Below are positions 37,786-50,874 of a stretch of 64,000 bases of DNA, in pieces. A program made the position numbers and the translations under genes. The DNA is from Cetorhinus maximus (taxonomy: Eukaryota), in NCBI RefSeq assembly GCF_964194155.1, contig NC_135890.1, forward strand, positions 38,936,001 to 39,000,000, given 5' to 3'. The notes below the pieces were generated by a model that saw nothing but the letters and a program-made list of their open reading frames with translations, searched no databases and was not told the origin of the DNA. Each line of letters starts with the position of its first letter. Position 1 is the first letter of the stretch.

Positions 37786-40700
37786 TAACTTTTTTACCTC
37801 TGGCCAGGGGAAAAAAATAGAGAGCCTAAAGTTTGTCTGAGATAGTGCCTCAGAGTGATTTTTGAGGGAGGAGGAATTGTGTAACAAATGCAGTCATTTC
37901 ATAAACGCCATTGCCTGCAGCAAAGTAAAGGAAAACCACTTCAAATTCTCCAACTAACATTATACATATTGGACGCTGCCCAAACTCCACAACTTCCACT
38001 CCCTCATACCATGCTGCAGACAGCTGAATTTGAAAGTACACCCTCCTGCACATACCCTGGCAATGGTCCCTCATCCAGGCATTGTAGACTGCCATCTGAG
38101 AGATTACTGGGAACAAGTTCAGAGAGGAATGTGGTCAGTGGGCCTGAGAGAAATACTCCCCCAATGAGCAGGCTAGCATGTCACTTGCTCTAAGCAGGAT
38201 GGAACCCCAGCATAACAGACACTTGTCTGAGATTGATATGGTACATCTGCCAATTAAAATAATGTTTGTCCTCTTTGGAAGTACAGAAATATTAGGCAGT
38301 GCAGAGAATGTTATAAGGAGAGCCACCAAACAGAAAATGTCCCATCAGTGTGGAAAACTACGCACTGCCCCATGAGCAGCATCAATCCCACCAACACAAT
38401 CATCAGTATGCATGATCTTTCCCCACTATCCCCAACTCTAACTAATCCAGGATCAAATAAACTGCTTCACATTCCTGACCTCCTTTGCTGCCAGTGATTC
38501 ATTCTGCCTGCAGGCACTGCAGAATCTGGATACACAGTGAATTCTTAAACTATATATAGGATTGTATGGTCTTGTAAAGTGTTTACATATAAAACGACCT
38601 CATAAAATATCAGTGCGATTGTACCCTTACTCGTACAATGGCTTCATAAAATAATGCATCGATGTACACATACGTTTAGCAGTATTCTAAATGTGTGCAT
38701 CCTTGAGGCTCCAATATAAGTTGTTAAAAAGAATTAGCAGATCGGATATTGTAAGTGGTGTGCCTGTGACATTCCAATGTGCGAGGTCAGTAGACAAGGT
38801 ATCCAGCTAGTGGTGAGAGCACAGAAAATAGGCCCTTGAATATAATTTGCAGTGTTGTACATCATGAAACATGTTGGAAAACCTCCGCTATGTGACTCAG
38901 ATTGTTAATTGCATGTTCCTTTACTTTCACTTGTACTTGGAAATCAGGGGATTGTAACTTATAGTTAACACATTGTGACTATGCTGAGACGTTTGTGCAA
39001 AAAGCTGATTTGTTCCTTTTAACGTTGAATTTATCTTTCAATCAATCTGTGCTCTCCTCATTCATTGGTTGGCTTGGTTTTAAATTATGTGCCCTGGCAC
39101 TTTTCCATGGAGTTATAAAATAGACTGGATATTGGAGAATGCCTCTCATTTTTCCACAAAGAAGCCTTTGGCTCTACCTTGCCTAAGTGTTGCTTCATGC
39201 ATGTTAATGAACTGGGCCGGCTTTTTATATAATGGACAGCATGCTAAATTCCGAATATCCATTTGTTTAATCTTGTCCAAGCCCTGATATACTTAACAAA
39301 ATGTATTGGTGTCACCATGGAAACAATGCTTGATACCCCAGAGATTCAAAGAAAAGAATAAAAATTTATTGCCAGCTTGTATCTTTGGGAATGACAAGAA
39401 ATCCAGATAATACTGAGATTTGATTTAATGCAAAAAAACCCATTAAAAAAACAGGAGTATTATGACATAACCATTTGGCAAGTTATCAGGTTTACAACTA
39501 GGGATTCAGTCACTCTGAGCCTTCTGCTCGTCGTCTCAGCGATCGGCAGTTTCTTTTTATAGAATTTGTATTCTCCTTGCGCTTAAAATGGAAACCAACA
39601 GGCAGAGCACCCAAGCCCTTTGGCGATATGTCTGCAGTCTTTAAACTCCAAAATGTGAACAGAGTTTTAAAAATCCAGAAAGTTCTGCATGGTTTCATAA
39701 TTGTACTTCAGTGTTTACCCTGAGAAAGCAACGGAAAATCTTTCTGGGGATGAAAAGACATTGTATGTACATTAAGTTTTTGATAAACTCTTAGGATTAA
39801 AAGCCCCTTTCAGCACCATTCCATAACCTGTTATTGGTATTAATTAATTTAAAGGTTTTCGTAGTTACAACTAATTCAGTGCTTTTTAATAAATTATTTG
39901 CCACATTAAAAAGCAAACTATTGTCAGAAAATATGTGCTATCAAGTGTTTACTATTGTCCAGGAAAGTTTTACAGATGAGCTGATAAAGGTGGCTAGTTG
40001 TTCGCTCTTTTTTGATTTTTAGAATTTAATTATAGCTCAAGTACTGTGCTTTCAGATTAATTAAGGCCTTCCTGAGAATAATGTAGCAGTACTTCTAGCT
40101 GACTGCTGCATATGCTGTGTACAAAATAATCCGTGTATAATGCAGTTCCCCCCAACATTTTAGTCAAATCTCAAATAATCTCTGCCTTCATGTTAACAAA
40201 TACATTTTTGCTTCTCCATTTTTTTCACTTCAGCCCATGCATTCCTCTCTGTTATTGCCCTGCTCTGCTCCTCTAGTGCTGTGACATTTAAATTGCAACT
40301 CTCCCTCTCAATTTCAGTTCAAGCTTTTCCATCTCAGAATCACAGAATTGTTACAGCACCGAAGGAGGCTATTCGGCCCATCGTGTCTGCACTGATTTAA
40401 AATCCAAGACACAGGGTAAGAAGAATAAAATCAGCAGGAGCCAGGATCGAAGTTGGTAGTGAGAGGTGCCATTTAAATAAAACAGCACTGGAGGAATGGA
40501 GAGCATTGAAGCAGTAGCTGGCAGGAACATGATTGTGTAATGTTGCTGTTTGATCTAGTCTTTGCAGTGGGAATTGGTATCCATCACCACATTCCATAGG
40601 AAATGCTGCCCTTGGACTGAAATCATCCAGGAGGAAATCTGAGCAAAAAAAAATGACTTATGTATAAGGTGACTTCCCATGCACTTTGAACCCCCAACTA

Positions 40701-40929
40701 TAACATTAATTTCCCGTCTTATACAAGAGTTTAAGGAGCCATAAACAGCCTTTACATAACGTACAGAAAGCCAAATGTAACCAATCTAGGCCCTACAAGA
40801 CTTTGGCAAGTGGTGTACCTACTGGAGAAAAAAAAGAGAATCATTTTCAGCATCATTCTCTTATTTCTCCTTCCCTATAGAGTCAAAAATCTTGACTACA
40901 CTGTTGGGTTGTTCTCTTTTTAATATTTG

Positions 40930-41765
40930 TTTATGGATTGCGAGCATCGCTGGCTGGACCAGCATTTATTGCCCATCCCCAATTGCCCTTGAGAAGATGG
41001 TGGTGAGCTACCTTCTTGAACCGTTGCAGTCCATGTGGTGTAGGTACACCCACAGTGCTGTTAGGGAGGGGGTTCCAGGATTTCGACCCAGCAACAGTGA
41101 AGGAACGACGATATATTTCCAAGCCAGGATGGTGAGTGGCTTGGAGGGGAACTTCCAGATGGTGGTGTTCCCATCTATCTGCTGCCCTTGTCCTTCTAGA
41201 TGGTAGTGGTCATGGGTTTGGAAGGTGCTGTTGAAGGAGCCTTGGTGAGTTCCTGCACTGCATCTTGTAGATGGTACACACTGCTGCCTCTATGCATCCG
41301 TGGTGGAGGGAGTGAATGTTTGTGGATGTGGTGCCAATTAAGTGGACTGCTTTATCCTGGATGGTGTCAAGCTTCTTGAGTATTGTTGGAGCTGCACTCA
41401 TCCAGGCAAGTGGAGAGTATTTCATCACACTCCTGACTTGTGCCTTGTAGCTGGTGGACAGGCTCTGGGGAGTCAGGAGGTGAGTTACTCACCACAGGAT
41501 TCCTAGCTTCTGACCAGCTCTTTTAGCCACAGTATTTATATGGCTAGTCCAGTTCAGTTTCTGGTTAATGGTAACCCCCCCCCCAGGATGTTGATAGTGG
41601 GGGATTCAGTGATGGTAATGCCATTGAATGTCATGGGGCAATTGTTAGATTCTCTCTGGTTGGAGATGGTCATTGCTTGGCACTTATGTGGTGCGAATGT
41701 TACTCGCCCCTTGTCAGCCCAAGCCTGGACATTGTCCAGATGTTGCTGCATTTGGACGTGGACTA
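40930..41765 (-). mobile_element. 5'-truncated copy of the tRNA-headed LINE family
   Basis: YSPLAWMSAAPT, WNPLPNSTVG..LQRFKK.AHHHLL; family 3' tail. Confidence 0.9.
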
Positions 41766-42324
41766 CTTCATGTTAATCCTAGCATTATGTTTACACTAAG
41801 ATCTAGTGCCCCCCTCCCCTCCCCTTGCCGCCCCCCCCCCCCCCCCCCCCCTCCCCTCTCCACCCCCTCCCCCTCCCTTCTCCTCCTAATACTGGATTTC
41901 TAATGAGTAACCTGTTAGCTGTTACTTATTTGGCTTTCAGTCAGTGAATCATTTTAGGGCGTGTATGGCCATATTCATCTTGTGGTTCATTGAGACCAAG
42001 CCACCTGCTAGAGTTCAGGGGGAACAGTGGAAAGAGTTTGATTTGTAAGCTGCGGTCTGACTTCTGAGCTGGGGAAGTTCCAGCCATATGAGTTCCTTAT
42101 AAGTGATACAGTGAAGCAGAAACAGTAGCATAGGTGTAAAGGAAATGCTAACCAGATGAATCATTGTCCTAATTCAGGAATCAGTCATATTAAAATGGTC
42201 ATGAAACAAAATTCCATGAATAATGAAGTGATCACTATTTCTGTGTTATTCTGTGACTCTACTTTCCAATATTTATCACACAGAAAAATTGTGTCTTTGG
42301 ATCCTCTAGTGGTTCGATATAAAA

Positions 42325-42475
42325 ATATGCTGTTCAGTGTGGAACTGAGCCATTCAAACTAAGAAAGTCTTGGGTTCGAACCCCTGTCCTCAGCCTGCCC
42401 AGGATGGAGGTGGAGGCATTACAAGTGGCTTTTGCGCCTCTGGGCTAGGGAAGGAGAAAATCAGACACCTCCTCA
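42325..42475 (+). mobile_element. Degenerate tRNA-derived SINE fragment
   Basis: B box GGTTCGAACCC at ~42373 followed by tctgggctagggaaggagaaaatcag. Confidence 0.4.
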
Positions 42476-44244
42476 CTAAAGAGTAATTGCAGAGCTGACT
42501 GAACCTGTTGTAGTTGAAAGCTTCGTTTGGAAGAGAGGTTTGTTAACGTAATGGAGAAGCACAGCAAGCTGCCTAAGGCTGGGCATGTGTTGAAGACCAC
42601 CAGTAAGCATGCACTGACAGGTGCATCTGAGGAGGGTGTATCTTGTCACCTTGCATGTTGCAAAGGGGTTTCTGGAATGTGAAAGATGGCTTTACCTCAT
42701 GAAGGTTTATTTTCATTACCACTGCCATGAGTCTGATACTGTGTGGGTTGTGCCCCTTCAGGGGATCTAAGTATTAGTCTAACAAACCCTTCATTTTGTG
42801 TCACTAATTGATTTCTAGTGGGGGCCAAGTAGATAGATTAACCCTTCAGCTCCAAAGGCTTATTTAATTTAAAGGCAGTGCAGTCGTTTTAAAGCCTTAA
42901 AAAGCTCTCTACCAATGCAGGTTAAATAGATTAGATGCATTAGTGATCAGTTTAAAGCAGAAATCCACAGTGTGTCTGGTTTGAGTTGAAGAGCCTCCTT
43001 GGTAGGTCTCCGGTTCAATTCGGATACAAACTACTCCTTGTTTGCCTATCTAATAGTTGAGTACATTTGTAAATCCAATAGTGTGCGCATTAACTCACAA
43101 ACAGCAGACTGTTTTCAGCATGAACATGAATTATGCACCATTATCGAATATGTTGAACATTGCTTAGATAATTATTACTGATTGCCATGTTAACAAGCTT
43201 ATTCAGAACATCTGCAGAGCAAGTTTCCTTTAACATCAAAATAATATATGAAACCCCTAGGTGCAGAACTGCATTCCTGATGAGATTGTTTTTCTTCCCG
43301 CACTAAATATTATAATGTTGGTATGATTAGTGAATCAGCCGTGGCATTGCTTATGGGTGATCCTATTTTTGAAATATCAGTATCAGAAGTCTCCTGGATC
43401 CTCTCGTCTTAAATTCAATAGTGATTTAATAACACAATTTATCACATCACTAACTAGGGTTAAAATATTATACATTTTACTTTCTGGCCACATATAATGG
43501 CAGTAATATTACCTGTCACAACAAAACTAGCTAAGGATGCAAGTAACTTTGTTATTTTGTACCAAAAGCTTTCACTTGCTGTTACTTGCATTATCAGTTT
43601 TTCTTCACTTCCTTCAGTGAAGGAATTTATTTATTTTTGTTCTTCTCTTCAACATCATTAGTTATTTATAGATATGAAAGATATTCTTCCCCTCATTAAC
43701 CGACATAGCTTCAGCAAGATTAAAAAAGCTATCATTGGCAAGTGATGGGGCCAGGGATATTTTTTTCATTGTCAAATCTCAAGCACGAGCACTGTCAATT
43801 GTGGAGAGAGATCAGGCCTCAGTCCCTGGGGTCAGGAGAACATTTTTTTTTTAAATGCAGGAGCAGCCCCCTTAAGAAGGAGTGAGGGTGGAGCTACGCC
43901 ATTTACTTTACAGAGATGGGTGCAAGCATCTAGCAGCCAGTTGACCACTTGCACTGTGTTATGCAGTATTTTCTGCTTGGACAGCCCTGCATGTATCGAA
44001 GGTGCAAGTTTCATGGCCCCATCTCCTGACCCCATGAACTTTGCCACGGTCAGTGATGGTAGTCACAGGCATCTGGGGCTCTTTGCAATTGTAAGCACAC
44101 ATCAGCGGCACCCATCCCAAACTGCCAGTGAGAATGACAGAGAAACACCGTGTTACTCTAATGGTGGTGAGTTGACCTGACAAACTCAGAAGATCCAGAA
44201 AGCAATTTTCTTCAGTGCTCAATGGAAGAATTACATCAACTTGG

Positions 44245-44540
44245 GTAGATCAGCACCCCATCCACCAACTTAAACATTCACTCCCTCCACCACCAATACA
44301 CAGTGGCAGCAATGTGTACCATGTACAAGATCCACTGCAGCAACTCACCAAGGGACTTTTGACAGCACTTTCCAAACTGCCACGTCTACCACCTAGAAGG
44401 ACAAGGGCAGCAGGTGCATGGAAACACCATTACATGCAAGTGCCCCTCCAAGCCACACAGCTTTCTGACTTGGAGCTATTTCACCATTCTTTCATTGTCA
44501 CTGGGTCAACATCCTGGAACTCCCTTCCCAACAGCACTGG
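44245..44540 (+). mobile_element. Fragment of the tRNA-headed LINE family (near 3' end)
   Basis: aacattcactccctccaccac...ctagaaggacaagggcagcagg...ggaactcccttcccaacagcact, colinear with 24680-24960. Confidence 0.8.
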
Positions 44541-44922
44541 GGCCCTCAGCTAGCCTGAGTTCCGCTGGCGGCAACGAAGGGATGTAGTTTTCGAGAGGGC
44601 TGAAACCAGCATATACATATGATGTGCAGGTTGGATGGAAGATCCACCCATAAAATTGAATTAGGACCAGTGCAAATTTGATGGAATCATGGTGTAACTG
44701 CAATCTGCTACAAGTTTACAGTGAATTTATGAACGATATATCTATTCAAATTTATCTATATGACTACATGGGTTTACCTTTCCTATCTAAGTCCCAGACC
44801 TCAGCATTAGGCTGAGACGGATCATGCTGTTGCAAAAGTACAACAGGAATGGTTTCCTTATAGCAACTTCTGCATGTCTTGTTAATTGATTTTTTCCCCC
44901 TCATTTTCTTCCCCTACTGCAG

Positions 44923-45038
44923 GTTTGCAACAAAGGAGAGAAATGCCTTGCTACTTTACAATGGGCGTTTTAATGAAAAACATGATTTTATTGCACTGGA
45001 GATCATTGAAGAACAAATCCAACTGACATTCTCAGCAG
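44923..45038 (+). CDS. CELSR1: CELSR1 coding exon (116 bp), laminin-G domain 1
   Basis: Strong polypyrimidine tract plus cAG acceptor; AT+G completes Met, then FATKERNALLLYNGRFNEKHDFIALEIIEEQIQLTFSA(G); donor G|GTAAGG (phase 1). Confidence 0.93.
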
Positions 45039-45530
45039 GTAAGGAGCAATTATCATCTGTTTCGAATGTGAAATGGATTGTTAGGGATTCCTGTTAGCCA
45101 CAGTGAGCACTGGTTAGCAGCATGGGTTTCAATTTTTGGCGAAAGCATATTTAACCTTGGAGAATCAAATACATAACTCAAACTTGATGTTCTTTAGATA
45201 ATATGAAAATATAAAATGAGTGCTAGATTCAGTCAATACCAAGTACACATGGTAGAGGATGAGCTACTATAGGAATGGCACGCAAGGAGCACAGCTTTGC
45301 ATAGCTTTCCCAAACACTGCTCTTTAGGTCTTCAATCAACCAACTGGCCATATTTGATTTTTCTTTGCACAAGTTCTGACAAAATATGATCTGGGTCTGG
45401 ATAAAAAAAAAAGGTAAATCTGAAACACAACTTGAGGCATCTGTCCACCAAATAGTTTACACATCCATTTGAGAAGGAAATCAGCCTTTGAAGAATTGTA
45501 ATTGATAATTATTTCTGCAGCACATACATT

Positions 45531-46103
45531 GGGCTGGATTTTAGGCCACCAAACCCTGCCCCCTCCTTGCTTGCATATTCAAAGTCAGGGGGGCTTGTAA
45601 AATAAAGCGGGTGGTCTTCCCACCCAACCCCAACATGTCTCCCATATTAGAGTGGGGAAGGCGTCCGGTCCGCCACTATTTTACACACAGCAGGGGAAAG
45701 CAGAGGCAAGGTGTGTAGCTTGGCAGCTTCCACTGTGCAAACTACTGCTGGCAGGAAGGGAGGGGTACCCTGTGCCCATTGGAGGTAATGCCCCTTTTAA
45801 CCCCCCCCCGCCTCTCAAACTCTGCCCCCCCAACCTGCTGGGGACTGCCAGCCAGGCCCATCCAAAATCCCAGACTTGCTTCCAAGTCGGTGCTGCATCA
45901 CTACTATTCTTCAGGGCCTGCCTATAGCCCCAGCAATGGCCACCACTCAACCCTGCCTCTGCTGTGAGTACAGAGCTGCCAACCAATCTGATTTACTCCC
46001 AGATGGGGAAAATCGCTGTGGGGCAGCTGGATTTCGGATGGGCAGGCTGACGACTTTTCAGTTGGGGGTGTGGGGAATAAACGCACCCTGGAAAATCCAA
46101 CCC
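45531..46103. mobile_element. MITE, probably PIF/Harbinger-derived
   Basis: TIRs gggctggatttt / aaaatccaaccc; 3-bp flanking duplication ATT. Confidence 0.7.
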
Positions 46104-46622
46104 ATTGTTTTTTTGAAACAAATGCCTTAAGCATTGCTACACTTTGACAAAAGCTTGCATAGTTAAGAATTGCATGCAGACTTAAAATATGAAGGACCAC
46201 ATGTTGATCATTTTGAGAGCCTGATAACAGACATGCTGTGTGTAGCCATGGGTCCATTAGTGCTTTGATTTGTACCAACTGTTACCAATCTAAACAATCT
46301 CTACCACCTGTTTTCACTTAATTCCATAACTTGTAAGGTTTTCATAGATGACTGACGATAGTATCCGTATTTTAATGCTGCTTTAGTCCACCTTTCTAAA
46401 AGTACAATGCTGAAACATTTCCTTAATTGGAAGTCCTTAAATACAAGCAAAGCCTGGCAAATCTGCCTGTTTCTCAGATGTTTAAGCAGGTTGAGAGTTT
46501 ATCATGCTAATGGGGCCCCCTTAAGGTCTATGTTTCAGAGTTGCATTACGCACAAACTGAGGACTGAGTTTTGTCCATTTGCAGCCAGGTCTGATTTTGA
46601 GAGGAACAAAATGTGAAATACT

Positions 46623-46903
46623 GGCCGGAATTTTACAGCCCCGACACCAGCAGGCATTGTTGTGGGTGGGACAAGAAAATTTGGAGAGCTGTAGACTTTT
46701 AATGGCTCCCCAAATTTTCCCCTCCCGCCCACGACGATGCCCACCAGTGTCAGAGCCAGAAAATCCCACCCACTGAGTGGGATTTTCGACACCCGCCCAC
46801 CACCGCGATCTTCCGGTCCCACCGCAAGTCAATAAACTTCTTGCTGGGACGCCACCTCACCCCCGGCAGGTCCCGCCCGCGACAGGACCGGAAAATCCCG
46901 GCC
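46623..46903. mobile_element. Two tandem mini-MITEs (46623-46771 and 46775-46903), Harbinger-like
   Basis: TIRs ggccggaatttt / aaaatcccaccc and gagtgggattttc / gaaaatcccggcc; ACT at 46620-22, 46772-74 and 46904-06. Confidence 0.7.
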
Positions 46904-49491
46904 ACTATCTCTACACGGAACAATATTCCTCAGGTCCATAGAACATCTACAGCTAAGAACAGCCCACCTCTCTTTGGTGACCATGAGACATGGAAGCAGA
47001 AAATTATGGGGGAAGGAAATAACGTTCAATACTCAAAGACACCTGTCAGCCAAATTGAGGAAGAAATAATAATACTTTGATACAGTGACTATTTATATAG
47101 AATAATACCTGAGTGCTTTACCGGAAACTGGACAGATTGGGAGGGGATCCAAAAGCACAGTTAAATATATACAGTTTTAATGAGTTTTTGTAAGAAATGA
47201 GAGAAAGAAAGGTCCATTTATTTGGAGAAAAGGTGAGGAAGAAAAAAAGATCAACCTCAAATAAAAAGCAGTAGGAGTGGGAAAGAAATGTTAGGTGGAG
47301 GGGCGTTATCCTACACTTGATAAAATCAGTGAAGTGCATGGCTCTCAGCCTTTGATCAGGGGAATAAGTTAGAAACACAACATTTTCTAACAATTAGCTG
47401 CGTTAGTAATATAATTAGAAAAATCAGCAACTTTTCACCGTTTCATTCAGCAATTCACTTTGCCTGCGTTAAAATCACTTTCATTTACCTTCACCTCCTT
47501 TTAATGATTAACATGTATATACATCCCTTCAAGGTTTGATTTAATATCTATTGAACTTCTACTTTAGATGTATTTTCATGTCTTAACCAAATGGGCTTAG
47601 TATTTATCTTGCTCCTTGGGAGCCTACTGAGGTTGCATGGGATATTTTAATAGAACTGTGCATTTCTAGTGCTTAAACTTTGTACAGAAGCAAGGACCTT
47701 TTCAAAGCTGTACATTTTGAGATTGCGCTGCATTACATGACATATTAAGCTTCTCTTAGCAATACACGATGAGATGGTTATCAGTTATTTGAATTTCTAA
47801 AGATATTGCTGTCAGCCTCGTGTTGATGCTCTTATTGGGTCCCTACTGTTAACTGTCTCACATGGCGTGGGTTACTGTGGGTGAACACAGCCTGTCGAGG
47901 TGAGTACAGTACTGTGTGCTGCTCCTCACTAGTGCTGGCTGGGTCCTGTATATTTGTGGCTTTTTTGAAGCAATTTATGCCAAGGGTTCTAACCATTGCA
48001 GCATGAGCATCAGCCTCATCATTGTTTGGGAGGGATACTGTCCTGTGAACCCTCTTCGCTGCCCTTAAATTCGCAATATCTACTTACCCTAACTTTAAAA
48101 AAAATTGCATTTTAACTTTAAGTAATCGAAGTGATATTATAGTGTAAAACTCAAATGGATGGAAATGATAGTCGCATCCTCTTAATAAAATTTAACTCTC
48201 AAGCCTTGTACTATTTTTGTGTGACAGCTGTCAAAGGATTGAAGAAAATTGCAAAAGAAAGCAGATTCCAATAGAATTCTTTTTGCAGCCTGATTCACAT
48301 TGGAAATGCAATGGCATGTTTTCAAACAAATTTCTCTGCTGAGATGTTTGTGATTCTCCAGTTACCAGATGCTGGGTCCTAATTATATTTTATTATGTTG
48401 GATATTCTAATGCAGCCCAGGCTACACTGACAGAATTCTAAACATTCCAGCAGTACTGTGGACTTATATCACTCAAACATCAAAGAAAATGTTACTGCGG
48501 CACTTCGTGCACTGTTTTATGATCAGCACAAACAGAGCACTGGACTGATCATTATTGGTGTTTTTTTTAGTTCATTTATAAGTGTCCAGCCTGTTGAGGG
48601 ACGTGAACCAGATGCTATTACAGAAAAGAAGGCCAGACAGTGAGATTTTCTTTGTTACATACTTCAGATTACTCTTTCAGCTCCTTTCAAGATTTGACAT
48701 TTAAGCGTAATTGTGATGGACTATGTTGCCATGTGTAACTGAAAGTCTGATCTGGTGTATATTACATTCTGTAGACTGACAATCAGAAGTACTACAGCTC
48801 TACAGGCTTGATTTGAGTTGGTGCCCTGATGTTTTTAAGTTAGCACAATTCATTAATTTCTGTAGGATGTGACAATCTAGAACAAGTGGACATTGATTGG
48901 AATCAAAATTTGTTCTTTCACAATTAAAATAGTTCAGCTGCCATGTGTTTTGGAGTTGAATTGAAGGGGTGATTCCTGTTGGTGTGTGCATGCATGTGTG
49001 TGCTTTCCCCCTTTTCATAAAGGAAACTACATCCCAACGTTTTCACAATTTAACAGGCTACCTGATTTTCCCAGTCCTCATTCCAGCTATTACAAACTGG
49101 CTCTAGGTATCCTTGCATTAACAAGTTAACTTGTTTAATGGTAATTAAAAATTATGGCAGTAATATTAGTTATTTTTCCATTAGTTTAAGGATCTGGTGG
49201 GCACTCCCAAAATGCTCAGCCTAATGTAAATTTACAGGGAGATCACTATAGCGAGAAAGCCCACCCTGCATCCAGCCTTTCAAATACTTTACAAATGTTT
49301 GTCTTTTTAAATGTTTGCTCAGTTTTGCTCTTTTTTTAAAAAAAACAAAATAAATAAAAGCTAGTCCCTTTGTGTAAAGGTTCACAGTCCACAATGTATT
49401 GACTCAGCAGTTGGTTTTACTTTGTCCAGCCATTACTACTAATGCAGTAAACATGTGCACCGAGATCTTGGAGACTAGTTGACAAACCCAT

Positions 49492-49770
49492 TTATATCCC
49501 AAGTACCCGACTACAACCTGCTGATATCCCAAACAATAAGTTATACTTCATTATATACCAGATGACAGCATGGTAATATCCCAAATACAAACTTAAACGA
49601 CAGTTATATACCAGACCATGGTGATGTTCCAGATTACATCTGAATGATATCACACGTACCTAATTAGACTCCAGTGATGTAATAATTACCAGATTACAAC
49701 TCATTTGATATCCTAGTACCAGAATACATTTTAGTCATATCTCAAGTAGCAGATTAGGCCTGTTATATAC
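49492..49770. repeat. Degenerate ~30-bp tandem repeat
   Basis: About ten variants of gatatcccaagtaccagattacaactcagt. Confidence 0.6.
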
Positions 49771-50406
49771 TTGCAATTGTGTTATATGTCAGATATTGAA
49801 TTGAGAGCTTGGACCAGATCTGTTCAGTTTCTCAAATAAAGCTCCTTTTGGAAATCCTGAATGTTGTGGATTTTGCACAATTTTTTCCATATATTTTCAT
49901 TAAGTTGTTGGAGGGGCGAAATGCTTGTGCTCATCAAGGTAGACTAAACCATTTTTAGACACCCACATCGGCATCAAGCATTCTCAAGTCAAATCTGAAG
50001 TCTACCTTTTACCTTAAATTAGTGAATAGAGGAAAGCAGGATCCATGGAGATTGAAGCTTCGTCAACAATTTATCTTGGCCTGCTTTTCAGGAAAAGGCT
50101 GAGAGAGGAAATTCAGGAGCAGGGCTGGTGGAGGCTGGGGAAGAGAAAGAGTGAGTCTTCGGTAGCATTTCAGAGATGGAGTTGAAGAAATGTAGGCAGC
50201 CAGAATTGACTGATAGGGAAGTAAAGAAAAGAGCCAGCATCAACCAAAGAGGGAGGGAAAGAAAGGAGCACACTAGTAATATCTATAGGCGGAGAATGCA
50301 CAGTGCCATAAAATTGAGAAAGGATACACGAGAAATATTATATGATGCAGTGTTTATGTGAACTGAGTCTGGAAGAGTTGACATGCAGAGAGAGAGGCAG
50401 AACGTT

Positions 50407-50427
50407 TGTGTGTGTGTGTGTGTGTGT
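50407..50427. repeat. (GT)n microsatellite; (CA)n also at ~12723-12740 and ~60923-60953
   Basis: Read directly from the sequence. Confidence 0.9.
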
Positions 50428-50874
50428 ACGTGTACGAGAGAGATGGGGGTGCCCAGGTGGTACAGCATTTGAACGGACGGTCATTAAGGCTGCATCTGAA
50501 CCCACATTGCCCCCAAAACAGTTTTCATCAAAAATTTTTTCTCCAGAAAAAAAAGTCCAGAAATAGGAATGAGGGTGTAATTTCAATAAGATTAAGAAAA
50601 CTAACTTTATCTACAAATGGAAAGCAATATGCTGCCTACATTCATTGTAGATTCCAAGGCACTGAAAATAAACTAACTAAAAGTGTTAGAAATCTCCAGA
50701 TTTCTCTTGTGGGTTGATATCCGATCTTCTTTCAAAAAATCTTGTGTTCATAAGCATATGTATCCCTCTTTCACCTGCTTATGTTTCTCCCCTTTTTACC
50801 GTATGTTGGAGGAACGTTTTCAATACCCATGACTTAGTTACATTTCCATTTTGCAGACACTTTCAAGGTAATTG

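Noticed and set aside
48571-48639. Cryptic 69-bp cassette exon (ttttttttAG ... CA|GTGAGA)
   Set aside because: In the required phase it hits TAA at the fourth codon, has no CELSR similarity, and the donor is weak.
49492-49770. CRISPR-like array
   Set aside because: Eukaryotic intron; units are degenerate along their whole length with no constant repeat and unique spacer pattern, and there are no cas genes.
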